NCBI RefSeq assembly: GCF_009914755.1
Contig: NC_060937.1
Direction: 5' to 3' (one strand)
DNA length: 64,000 nt
DNA from: the human T2T-CHM13v2.0 reference genome, Homo sapiens
Within the stretch, counting starts at the first letter, position 1, and each line of letters starts with the position of its first letter. Made by a program: the position numbers and the translations under genes. The notes beneath the pieces were generated by a model, which searched no databases, was not told the origin of the DNA, and saw only the letters and a list, made by a program, of their open reading frames with translations. Positions 16,801-30,430 of the stretch are shown here, one piece after another.

Positions 16801-18524
16801 CCATTAGCAAGATTAAACAAGAAGAAAAAAGAGAAAATCCAAATAAGCTCAATTAGAAATGAAATGGGAGCTATTACAACTGACACCACAGAAATACAAA
16901 AGATCATTCAAGGCTACCATGAACAACTTTATATGCATAAAGTAGAAAACCTAGAGGAGATGGATAAATTCCTGGAAAGATACAACCCTCCTAGCTTAAA
17001 TCAGGAAGAATTAGATACCCTGAACAGAACAATAGTAAGCAGCGAGATTAAAATTGTAATAAAAAATTGTCAACATAAAAACGTCCAGGACCAGACATAT
17101 TCACAGCCAAATTCTACCAGACATTCAAAGAATTCGTACGAATCCTATTGACACTATTCCACGAGACAGAAAGAGGGAATCCTCCTGAAATCATTCTATG
17201 AAGCCAGTATCATCCGAATACCAAAACCAGGAAAAAAACATAACCAAAAAAGGAAACTACATACCAATATCCCTGATGAACACAGATGTAAAAATCCTTA
17301 ACAATATACTAGCTAACCGAATCCAACAATGTATCAAAAAGATAATCCACCATTATGAAGTGGGTTTCATAACAGGGATGGTTTAATATAGGCAAGTCAA
17401 TAAATGTGATACACCAGATAAACAGAATTAAAAATAAATATTACATGATCATCTCAATAGACGCAGAAAAAGCATTTGACAAAATCAAGCACCCCTTTAT
17501 GATTAAAACTCTCAACAAAATCGGCATACAAGGGACATACCTCAATGTAATAAAAGCCATCTATGACAAACCCACAGCCAACATAATACTGAATGGGGAA
17601 AAGTTTAAAGCATTCCCTCTGAGAACTGGAACAAGGCAACCATGCCCACTCTCACCACTTCTATTCAACATAGTAATGGAAGTCCTAGTCAGAACAATCA
17701 GACAAGAGAAAGAAATAAAGGGCATCCAAATCAGTAAAGAGGAAGTCAAACTGTCGCTGTTAACTGATGATACGATTATATACCTAGAAAACCCCAAAGA
17801 CTCCTCCAAAAAGCTCCAAGAACTGATAAAAGAATTCAGCAAAGTTTCCAGATACAAAATTAATGTACACAAATCAGTTGCTCTCTTATATACCAACAGC
17901 GACCAAACTGAGAATCTAATCAAGAACTCAACCCCTTTTACAACAGCTCCAACAAAAATAAAATGCTTAGGAATACACCTAACAAATGAGGTGAAAGATC
18001 TCTACAAGGAAAACTACAAAACACTGCTGAAAGAAATCATAGACGACACAAACAAATGGAACCATACCCCACGCTCATGGATGGGTAGAATCAATACTGT
18101 GAAAATGACCATACTGCCAAAAGCAATCTACAAATTCAATGCAATTCCCATCAAAATACCACCATCATTCTTCACAAAACTAGAAAAAAAATCCTAAAAT
18201 TCATATGGAACCAAAAAAGAGCCCACACAGCCAAAGCAAGATTAAGCAAAAAGAATAAATCTGGAGGAATCACATTACCTGATTTTAAACTATACTATAA
18301 AACCATAGTCTCCAAAACAGCATGGTACTGGTGTAAAAACAGGCACATAGACCAATGGAACGTAATAGAGAATCCAGAAATAAACCCAAATACTTCCAGC
18401 CAACTGACCTTCGAGAAAGCAAACAAAAACAAAGTGGGGAAAGGACACTCTATTCAAAAAAATGGTGCTGGGATACTTGGCAAGCCACATGTAGGAGAAT
18501 GAAACTGGATTCTTATCTCTCGCG

Positions 18525-19142
18525 TTATACAAAAATCAATTCAAGATGGATCAAGGACTTAAATCTAAGACCTGAAACTATAAAAATTCTAGAAGATAAC
18601 CTCAGAAAAACCCTTTTAGACATTGGCTTAGGCAAGGATTTCATGACCAAGAACCCCAAAGCAAATGCAATAAAAACAAAGATAAATAGGAGAGAGGTTC
18701 CAAGATGGCTGAATAGGAACAGCTCCAGTCTACAGCTCCTAGCATGAGCGATGCAGAAGAAAGGTGATTTCCGCATTTCCAACTGAGGTACCAGGTTCAT
18801 CTCATTGGGGCTTGTCAGACAGTGGGTACAGGGCAGTGGGTGCAGCCCACAGAGTGTGAGCCGAAGCGGGGCAAGGCATCGCCTCACCCGGAAAGTGCAA
18901 GAGGTCGGGGAATTCCCTTTCCTAGCCAAGGGAAGCCGTGACGGATGGCACCTGGAAAATCGGGTCACTCCTACCCTAATACTGCGCTTTTCCAACGGTC
19001 TTAGCAAACGGCACACCAGGAGATTATATCCTGCGCATGGCTTGAAGAGTCCCATGTCCACGGAGCCTCCCTCATTGCTAGCACAGCAGTCTGAGATCCA
19101 ACCGCAAGGCAGCAGTGAGGCTGGGGGAGGGGCACCCGCCAT
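18525..19142 (-). other. L1 ORF0 (antisense 5' UTR ORF), open for 205 codons
   Basis: MAGAPPPASLLPCGWISDCCASN...IRVGVTRFSRC matches primate L1 ORF0; ATG context GCAATGG; expression not shown. Confidence 0.75.
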
Positions 19143-22100
19143 TGCTGAGGTTTGAGTAGGTAAACAAAGCAGTCTGGAAGCTTGAACTGGGTGGAGCCCA
19201 CCACAGCTCCAGGAGGCCTGCCTGCCTCTGTAGACTCCACCTCTGGGGGTCAGGGCATAACTGAACAAAAGGCAGCAGAAACTTCTGCACACTTATATGT
19301 CCCTGTCTGACAGCTTTGAAGAGAGTGGTGCTTCTCCCAGCACGGAGTTTGAGATCTGAGAACAGACAGACTGCCTCCTCAAGTGGATCCCTGAACCCCA
19401 AGTAGCCTAATGGGGAGGCACTTCCCAGTAGGGGCCGACTGACACCTCATACAGCCGGGTGCCCCTCTGAGACGAAGCTTCCAGAGGAACAATAAGACAG
19501 CAACATTTGCCGTTCTGCAATATTTGCTGTTCTGCAGCCTCTGCTGTAGATACCCAGGCAAACAGGGTCTGGAGTGGACCTCCAGCAAACTCCAACAGAC
19601 CTGCAGCTGAGGGTCCTGACTGTTAGAAGTAAAACTAACAAACAGAAAGGACATCCACACCAAAATCCCATCTGTACGTCACCATCATCAAAGACCAAAG
19701 GTAGATAAAACCACAAAGATGGGGAGAAACCAGAGCAGAAAAGCTGCAAATTCTAAAAATCAGAGTGCCTCTTCTCCTCCAAAGGAACGCAGCTCCTTGC
19801 TATGTGAGAGAGACACACATAGGCTCAAAATAAAGGGATGGAGGAAGATCTACCAAGCAAATGGGAAACAAAAAAAAGCAGGGGTTGCAATCCTAGTCTC
19901 TGATAAAACAGACTTTAAACCAACAAAGATCAGAAGAGACAAAGAAGGCCATTACATAATGGTAAAGGGATTAATTCAACAAGAAGAGCTAACTATCCTA
20001 AATACATATGCACCCAATACAGGAGCAACTAGATTCATAAAGCAAGTCCTTAGAGACCTAGAAAGAGATTTAGACTCCCACACAATAATAATGGGAGACT
20101 TTAACACCCCACTGTCAACATTAGACAGATCAACGAGACAGAAAGTTAACAAGGATATCCAGGAATTGAACTCAGCTCTGCACCAAGCAGACCTAATAGA
20201 CATCTACAGAACTCTCCACCCCAAATCAACAGAATATACGTTCTTCTCAGCACCACACCGCACTTATTCCAAAATTGACCACATAGTTGCAAGTAAAGGA
20301 CTCCTCAGCAAATGTAAAAGAAGAGAAATTATAACATACTGTCTCTCAGACAACAGCAATCAAACTAGAACTCAAGATTAAGAAATTCACTCATAACCAC
20401 TCAACTACATGAAAACTGAACAACCTGCTCCTGAATGACTACTGGGTACATAACAAAATGAAGGCAGAAATAAAGCTGTTCTTTGAAACCAATAAGAACA
20501 AATACACAACATACCAGAATCTCTGGGACACATTTAAAGCAGTGTGTAGAGGGAAATTTATAGCACTAAATGTCCACAAGAGAAAGCAGGAAAGATCTAA
20601 AATTGACACCCTAACATCAAATTAAAAGAACTAGAGAAGCAGGAGCAACCACATTCAAAAGCTAGCAGAAGGCAAGAAATAACTAAGATCAGAGCAAAAC
20701 TGAAGGAGATAGAGACACAAGAAAACCATTCAAAAAAATATCAATGAATTCAGGAGCTGGTTTTTTGAAAAGATCAACAAAATTGATAGACCGCTAGCAA
20801 GACTAATAAAGAAGAAAAGAGAAGAATCAAATAGATGCAATAAAAAATGATAAAGGGGATATCACTACCAATCCCACAGAAATCCAAACTACCATCAGAG
20901 AATACTATAAACACCTCTACGCAAATAAACTAGAAAATCTAGAAGAAATGGATAAATTCCTGTACACATACACCCTCCCAAGACTAAACCAGGAAGAAGT
21001 TGAATCCCTGAATACACCAATAACAGGCTCTGAAATTGAGGCAATAATAGCCTACCAAACAAAAAAAGTCCAGGACCAGACAGATTCACAGCCAAATTGT
21101 ACCAAAGGTACAAAGAGGAGCTGGTACCATTCTTTCTTAAACTATTCCAATTGATACAAAAAAAGGGAATCCTCCCTAACTCATTTTATAAGGCCAGCAT
21201 CATCCTGATACCAAAGCCTGGCAGAGACACAACAAAAAAAGAGAATTTTAGACCAATATCCCTGATGAACATCAATGCAAAAACCTCAATAAAATACTGG
21301 CAAACCAAATCCAGCAGCATCTCAAAAAGCTTATCCACCATGATCAAGTGGGCTTCATCCCTGGGATGCAAGGCTGTTTCAACATATGCAAATCAATAAA
21401 CATAATTCATCATATAAACAGAACCAAAGACAAAAACCACATGATTATCTTAATAGATGCAGAAAAGGCCTTTGACAAAATTCAACAGCCCTTCATGCTA
21501 AAAACTCTCAAATTAGGTATTGATGGGACATATCTCAAAATAATAAGAGCTATTTATGACAAATCTGCAGCCAATATCATACTGAATGGGCAAAATCTGG
21601 AAGCATTCCCTTTGAAAACTGGCACAAGACAAGGATGCCCTCTCTCACCACTCCTATTCAACACAGTGTTGGAAGTTCTGGCCAGGGCAATCAGGCAGGA
21701 GAAAGAAATAAAGGGTATTCAATTAGGAAAAGAGGAAGTCAAATTGTCCCTGTTGGCAGATGATATGATTGTATATTTAGAAAACCCCATCATCTCAGCC
21801 CAAAATCTCCTTAAGCTGATAAGCAACTTCAGCAAAGTCTCAGGATACAAAATCAATGTACAAAAATCACAAGCATTGCTCTATGCCAATAACAGACAAA
21901 CAGAGGGCCAAATCATGAGTGAACTCCCATTCACAATTGCTTCAAAGAGAATAAAATACCTAGGAATCCAACTTACAAGGGATGTGAAGGACCTCTTCAA
22001 AGAGAACTACAAACCACTGCTCAAAAAAATAAAAGAGGACACAAACAAATGGAAGAATATTCCATGCTCATGGATAGGAAGAATCAGTATCGTGAAAACG

Positions 22101-23688
22101 GCCATACTGCCCAAGGTAATTTATAGATTCAATGCCATCCCCATCAAGCTACCAATGACTTTCTTCACAAAATTGGAAAAAACTACTTTAAAGTTCATAT
22201 GGATACAAAAGAGAGCTCGCATTGCCAAGACAATCCTAAGCAAAAAGAACAAAGCTGGAGGCATCACGCTACCTGACTTCAAACTATACTATAAGGCTAC
22301 AGTAACCAAAACACCATGGTACTGGTGCCAAAATAGAGATATAGACCAATGGAACAGAGCAGAGCCCTCAGAAATAATACCACACATCTACAACCATCTG
22401 ATCTTTGACAAATCTGACAAAAACAAGAAATGGGGAAAGGATTCCCTATTTAATAAATGGTGCTGGAAAAACTGGCTAGCCATATGTAGAAAGCTGAAAC
22501 TGGATCCCTTCCTTACACCTTATACAAAAATTAATTCAAGATGGACTAAAGACTTAAATGTTAGATCTAAAACCATAAAAACTCTAGAAGAAAACCTAGG
22601 CAATACCATTCAGGACATAGGCATGGGCAAGGACTTCATGTCTAAAACACCAAAAGCAATGGCAACAAAAGCCAAAACTGACAAATGGGATCTAATTAAA
22701 GTAAAGAGCATCTGCACAGCAAAAGAAACTACCATCAGAGTGAACAGGCAACCTACAGAATGGGAGAAAATTTTTGCAATCTACCCATCTGACCAAGGGC
22801 TAATATCCAGAATCTACAAAGAACTTAAACAAATTTACAAGAAAAAAATTAAACGACCCCATCAAAAAGTGGGTGAAGGATATGAACAGACACTTCTCAA
22901 AAGAAGACATTTATGCAACCAACAGACACATGAAAAAATTCTCATCATCACTGGCCATCAGAGAAATGCAAATCAAAACCACAATGAGATACCATCTCAC
23001 ACCAGTTAGAAGGGCGATCATTAAAAAGTCAGGAAACAACAGGTGCTGGAGAGGATGTGGAGAAATAGGGACACTTTTACACTGTTGGTGGGACTGTAAA
23101 CTAGTTCAACCATTGTGGAAGACATTGTGGCGATTCCTCAAGGATGTAGGACTAGAAATACCATTTGACCCAGCCATCCCATTACTGGGTATATACCCAA
23201 AGGATTATAAATCATGCTGCTATAAAGACACATGCACACACATGTTTATTGCGGCACTATTCACAATAGCAAAGACTTGGAACCAACCCAAATGTCCGTC
23301 AATGATAGACTGGATTAAGAAAATGTGGCACATATACACCACGGAATACTATGCAGCCATAAAAAAGGATGAGTTCATGTCCTTTGTAGGGACATGCATG
23401 CAGCTGGAAACCATCATTCTCAGCAAACTATCACAAGGATAGAAAACCAAACACCTCATGTTCTCACTCATAGGTGGGAACTGAACAATGAGAATACTTG
23501 GACACACAATGGGGAACATCACACACCAGGGCCTGTTGTGGGGTTGGGGGAGCGGGGGATAGCATTAGGAGATACACCTAATGTAAATGATGAGTTAATG
23601 GGTGCAGCACACCAACATGGCACATGTATATCTATGTACCTGCACGTTGTGCACATGTACCCTAGAACTTAAAGTATAATAATAAAAA
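18690..23688 (+). mobile_element. L1PA5-like LINE-1 with intact 5' UTR and an internal ORF1-ORF2 deletion, nested in L1PB1
   Basis: 5' end with YY1-type CAAGATGGC; ORF1 start MGRNQSRK at 19719; RT ORF 21348-23009; L1PA4-6-type 3' UTR; TSD aaatag (18684-18689 and 23689-23694); host sequence ...GATAAATAG|CTGGGA is restored on removal. Confidence 0.92.
21348..23009 (+). pseudogene. L1 ORF2 reverse-transcriptase remnant (553 codons)
   Basis: [14 protein letters not shown]; LADD in place of FADD; frameshifted at both ends. Confidence 0.9.
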
Positions 23689-25069
23689 AAATAGCTGGGA
23701 CTTAATTAAACTAAACAGCTTTTGCACGGCAAAAGGAATAGTCAGCAGAGTAAACAGACAACCCACAAAACGGGAGAAAATCTTCACAATCTATACATCT
23801 GAAAAAGGATTAATATCCAGAATCTACAAGGAACTCAAATCAGCAGGAAAAAAAAAACAGTCCCATCAAAAAGTGGGCTAAGGACATGAATAGACAATTC
23901 TCAAAAGATATATAAATGGCTAACATGAAAAAATGCTCAACATACTAATGATCAGGGAAACACAAATCAAAACCACAATGCGATACCACCTTACTCCTGC
24001 AAGAATGGCCATAATAAAAAAATAAAAATAAATAATAGATGTTGGCGTGGATGCAGCGAACAGGGAACACTTCTACACTGCTGGTGGGAATGTAAACTAG
24101 TATAACCACTATGGAAAACAGTGTGGGGAGTCCTCAAAGTACTAAGAGTAGATCTACCATTTGATCCAGCAATCCCACTACTAGGTATCTACCCAGAGGA
24201 AAAGAAGTCATGAAAAAGATAGTTGCACAAGTATGTTTATAGCAGCACAATTCACAAGTGCAAAAATGTGGAACCAATCCAAATACCCATCAATCAACGA
24301 GTGGATAAACTGTGGCATATATATGATGGAACACTACTCAGCCATAAAAAGGAATCAATTAATGGCATTCACAGCAACCTGGATGAGATTAGAGACTATT
24401 ATTCTAAGTGAAGTAAGTCAGAAATGGAAAACCAAATATAGTATGTTCTCACTGATATGTGGGAACTAAGCTATGAGGATGCAAAGGCATAAGATTGACA
24501 CAATGGACTTCGGGGACTCGGGGGAAAGGTTGAGAAGGGAGTGAGGGATAAAAGACTACAAATTGGGTGCAGTGTATATACTGATGGGGTGATGGGTGTA
24601 CCAAAATCTCAGAAATCACCACTAAAGAACTTACTCATGTAACCAAACACCACCTGTTCCCCAATAAACTATAGAAATGAAAAAAAAAAAGAACTTTTAG
24701 CATCAAATACATGAACTTATGTGGAGTCATGGAGTCTCTTTTTAGGGACACACACTGTTGCTGTGGTGAACAGCCATTAAGTCATTGGTGTAAAACTTCA
24801 TTTTTGCTAAGAGAAAGAACTTTCTAATTTTACTCAACTAGAATACTAAAGGGCAAAATGCAATAGCTACAAGTTTTGTTCTGCAGAGTAAATGACAGGT
24901 CATGAACTAATTCCGTTGGAAGAGATACAGGAAAAATATTACCTTGCAGGAAGCTGCCCTCCCCATAGTAAGCCTAGGAGCTGATGGTATGATGTCATCA
25001 TTACGAAACTAGGTACTTTAAGCACTGTCTGAACAGAACTGCCTACCCCAGTAGAAGCTCTTGCGTTAA

Positions 25070-25870
25070 GTGCCACGCGTAAATGCTAATACATCCCAAC
25101 GTATTAAAGCAGAGCAGGGAAGCTTTAAAAATCGTAGGTAAAGTAAGACTGAGGGGGAAAGGAACTGCAAGTGAGTGCTGCACGGGAACCGAGAAGCCGC
25201 CCCGGGTCGGGAAGGAAGGAGGTGGTGATGCTCAGGGCCAGAGCGGGGGCGTCTGGAGAACCCGGGTGGGAGCCAGACACCCGCTGCGAGCACGAAGAAA
25301 GCGCGGCTGAGGGTGGCAGCGCGCCCACACCCGCCCGGACGAGGGCCCGGCCCGCACCCACCTTGCCTCCAGCAGCAGCGGGGTCTCGGGCCACTTCGCG
25401 GCCAAGTGGGCAGTCACCGACTTGGACGCGGCGACCGTCCCGGAGCCGAGCTGCGAAAGCCACAGCGCTGTGGAGCCTAGTAGCAGCCGCACCACGTTCG
25501 TGGCTTTCGCTGGCGCCATGGCACGGAGAGAAAAGCGCGAGTCCCTCGGACCCGGTACCCACAGTCTGTGGCCGCCACGCTTCGGCCGGCTCTTCCCGCT
25601 GCGCGGCTGCCCACTTCCGGTGGGAGGAGCTCGAGTCCGTTACTGGGTGCCGGGTCCAGACCGGCGCATGCGTGTCCCGCTCCGGCGCGGTTTAGTGGGT
25701 GCGGCCTGGAGAGCCCACGCCAGCCGGACACTGGGCCACGTCGGAGCCGCCGGGGCGGCGCCGGGTTGCTGAGCGGCGTCACAGATGCTCCCGCGGGTCC
25801 ATTCCCAGGACTTTGGGTTCTCGGACAGAGGCCTTAGGACACGGGGCGGGAAGCTGGCTCTCCAGACCGA
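25070..25870. promoter_or_regulatory. UGGT2: UGGT2 CpG-island promoter
   Basis: Dense CpG and high GC around exon 1; ETS/GABPA-type ACTTCCGGT at 25613-25621; NRF1-type GCGCATGCG at 25664-25672. Confidence 0.85.
25362..25519 (-). CDS. UGGT2: UGGT2 (UDP-glucose:glycoprotein glucosyltransferase 2) coding exon 1, including the signal peptide
   Basis: MAPAKATNVVRLLLGSTALWLSQLGSGTVAASKSVTAHLAAKWPETPLLLEA is recognised as the UGGT2 N-terminus; Kozak GCCATGG; donor AG|gtgggt; 158 nt, phase 2. Confidence 0.96.
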
Positions 25871-25984
25871 ACTAGGGCTCTGGAGTTGCCAAAATCTGGA
25901 AGCAAAGTCAGGACCACTTGCATATTGTCCACCTTTTACATAGGAGGAAAATAAGTCCAGTTAAAGTTGAAGTCCCCACCTCAC

Positions 25985-26820
<836 letters not shown>

Positions 26821-26857
26821 AGGATTACATTTAAAAGTGCACAGAAAAGTGCCAATA

Positions 26858-27025
26858 AGCCTGAGCATGGTGGCTCACGCCTGTAGTCCTAGCACTTTGG
26901 AAGGTCGAGGCGGGAAGGTAGCTTAAGCCGAGGAGGTAGAGGCTGCAGAAAACGGTGATTGCGCCACTGCCCTCCAACCTGGGCGAAAGAGGGAGACCGT
27001 GTCTCAAAAAAACAAACAAACAAAA
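26858..27025 (+). mobile_element. Alu monomer (FAM/FRAM-like)
   Basis: Single-arm Alu with (AAAC)n tail; TSD aaaagtgccaata / aaaaggccaata. Confidence 0.75.
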
Positions 27026-28567
27026 GGCCAATACGTGATAGTTGTTTTGTCAGAGTAAAATATATGGTAAAAGAGTTTAGCGGATGCACGGATTCATTGC
27101 TTTTTTTCTCTCCTGTTACTCCTTTGCCCTGCAGGGAAGCTGGATCTCTTGAAGTTGCGGAAACATAGTCATTCCCTTTTTTCGTTTCATTTGCTTAGTC
27201 AGTACCCTTCCTTAGAAAACCCTATTCCGCTAAGCAGTTCCACGAATTTCCAGAATAATTTCTCACTTCCAAAGTTTAGCCTTCATTTCCTGATTTATCC
27301 TACTTGGTATGATCTATCCTTACTTTAAATTTCCTCTTTATTGTAACTGCCATATAGCACTTAAGTTCTCACTTTAATACTTGAGTACGCTACTTACTTA
27401 TTTCTCCTGTGAGAGATAGTATATTCCCCCAGAACTCATGCCTTGTTCATCTTTGGCATCCCGTGCAGTACCTAGCACAATACTTCACATTCACATGTTA
27501 TTTGGGGACTCCATGAAGATTGAAGAACCCTTGCTTTATGGAAAGAATGTAGAAAGCTAAGGCAAATGCACTTCATTTCTATCCATAGTGTATACGAGAA
27601 AAATACATTACGAATCTTTCACAATTATTTGCTTTAATTAACTCCCCATTTCCACTCATATTTAGACCGAAATTTTTATTGAGATTGTGGGATTAAGGAA
27701 ATAAAATATTGACAGTGAATGTCTTACATGTCAGCATATCCAATGGACTGCAAATCTTTAAGAAATAATTGGCCATATAAAAGGCACATTAAATAGACTA
27801 TTAAAGGACACTAATAAAATGTATATTAGTAAAAATTTCACTATATGTGAGTTCAGAATAGTGAGAATGCTCATTTCTCTTTTAAAGAGAATAAAATTAA
27901 TCTAATCTAGGCCATCTATGAATATATTTGTTATACATTTTATCTTACATGGTGTTCTCCTAGAAATTTTAATTTGAAACATTCCTCAGAATGATGATCC
28001 CCAAGCTTGTTTCCCCATCTACAGAGCAAAAGGATAAGACAATGTGATATTTAAGATTCCTTCTATGTGTGATTCCTATGTGCAGATAAAAAAATACTAA
28101 AATGCAAAAATTGAGTAAATTAGCAAAGTCCACTCCAGTCAGTGGAGTAGCAAAGTATTTTAAAATCCACTATCAATAACCCTTTGGCACAGATTGGCTT
28201 TGAACTACGGACCTAACTCTACCTAAGTCTTTTTAGCAAAATACAATACAAAAGTTATTCACTGCAGGATAAAAGGAATAAAATTGATGAAGGTAGCAGT
28301 TTCTATCATATGTGGAAGAAGTGATTAATGAGTGCTTTATAATAAGAATCTTGTGTTTAACAGAATAAATCATCTTGAATTTAATGATATGTATTTAATG
28401 ATAATAATGGCATGACATGAGTACAAAGTTACTGCCAAATTATTGCATTATATAATAAAATTTTAATTTTCTAAGCCTACATAAAATCCAGTGGGTGAAC
28501 TCACTTTTAAAAGTATTATTCTGTAGGTTTTCCAGATTTCCCTTATAAGAAAGACCCTATTCTCCTA

Positions 28568-28896
<329 letters not shown>

Positions 28897-28902
28897 AAAG
28901 AT

Positions 28903-29228
28903 CTTTTTCTTTTTCTTTTCCTTTTTTTCTTTTTTGATATAGATTCTCTCTCTGTCACCCAGGGTGGAGTTGTTTTTTTTGTTTTTTTGTTTTTTTGTTT
29001 TTTTTTTTTGATATAGAATCTCTGTCGCCCAGGTTGGAGTGCAGTGGTTCTCTTGAGTAGCTGGGACCACAGGCACATGCCGCCATGCCTGGCTAATTTT
29101 TTGTATTTTCTGTAGATGTGGAGTTTCACCATGTTGCTCAGGTTGGTCTTGAACACCTGGGCTCAAACGATCTGTGCACCCCTGCCTTTCAAAGCGTCGG
29201 GATTACAGACATGAGCCACCGTGCCTGG
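28903..29228 (-). mobile_element. Rearranged AluJ-type SINE
   Basis: Duplicated tail and 3' end (TTTTGATATAGA..TCTCTGTC.CCCAGG.TGGAGT twice); internal deletion in the right arm. Confidence 0.8.
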
Positions 29229-29679
29229 ATATTATTTAAATATCTTAAATACACAAAAGTTTTCTACTCATTCCAGTTGGGAAAAATTTAGAGACTTATG
29301 TAATTTGTTACATCACTATTCCCTAGACAAGATTATACCAAAATCATAATCAAACGAGTATGGTTTAGGTTTTTTATGTTTAGTTTTAAGCTTAACTCTT
29401 TATAGCTTTTTTTAAAATTTAAGGGTCTGCAAGTTTGATATTTACAGGTTTACATATTTTATTTAAGATAGATAATAAATGCCTCACAAATGTCTAATCC
29501 CAGTATGTTTGATGAATTTTTTTAGTGGAGCTTTTTACTACAGTGGCTTTCAAATAGCAAATAAAGGATGTGAAATATATAATTTTTAAATTAATCATTT
29601 TGGATGATGTAAGAACTTGAGATTTGCTATTTAACAACAACCATCTATACTTATATGGTTAAATCGAAGTATTTTTAAT

Positions 29680-30430
29680 GGTGGTAAAATACACATAAAA
29701 TTTACCATTTTAACCATTTTTAAGTGTACAGCTCAATAGTGTGAAGTATATTCACATTGTTGTGCAACCAGTCTCCAGAACTTTTTCATTTTGCAAAACT
29801 GAAACTCTGCACCCACTAAACAAAAATGCTCTATTCTCTCTCCAGCCCCTGGCAACTACCATTCTACTTTCAATTTTTATGAATTTGACTACTCTAGATA
29901 CTCATACAAGGAGAATCATACAGTATTTGTCCTTTTGTGGCCATCTTATTTCACTTGGCATTATGTCCTTAAGGTTTATCTGTGTTTGTACCATGTGTGA
30001 GAATTTCCTTCCCTTTTAAGGCTGAATAATATTCCACTCTCTGTATATACAACATATTGCTTATCCATTCATCCGTCCATGGACACTTGGGTTGCTTCCA
30101 CATTTTAGCTATTGTAAATAATGTTGCTATGAACATAGGTGTATAAATACCTCCTGGGGATCTCACTTTCAATTATTTTGGATAATCTACCCAGAAGTAG
30201 AATTACTGGATCACATGGTAATTCTATTTTTAATTTTTTGAGGAGCCACCATACTGTTTTCTGCAGTTTACATTCCTACCAACAGGGCACAAGTGTTCCA
30301 ATTTTTTCATATCCTCCCCAACACTTATTTTCTCTGTGTGTGTGTGTGTGTGTGTGTGTGTTTAATAGCAGCTATCCTAATGGGGATGAGGTGACATCTC
30401 ATGTGGTTTTGATTTGCATTTTCCTAATTG
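29680..30430 (-). mobile_element. L1MB-like 3' fragment containing (TG)n at ~30335-30360
   Basis: Reverse ORF2 C-terminal remnant (MFIATLFTIAKMWKQPKCP) and an L1MB-type 3' UTR. Confidence 0.8.

Larger units (their letters stand above)
13216..24690 (+). mobile_element. Near full-length L1PB1-like LINE-1 (5' UTR, ORF1 from ~14616, ORF2, 3' UTR), interrupted at 18690-23688
   Basis: ORF1 and ORF2 remnants, including RT ORF 17406-18197; L1PB-type 3' UTR AAGCTATGAGGATGCAAAGGCATAAG...ATCACCACTAAAGAACTTA; A-tail; shared flank ttttagc. Confidence 0.9.

Noticed and set aside
17406-23442. Reverse-transcriptase ORFs as an active or novel retroelement system
   Set aside because: Ordinary L1 ORF2 remnants with frameshifts, altered FADD motifs (LTDD, LADD) and no intact ORF1
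25066-25837. Multiple 75-174 aa ORFs over the UGGT2 promoter
   Set aside because: GC-rich artefacts; only 25362-25519 matches a real protein with a splice site
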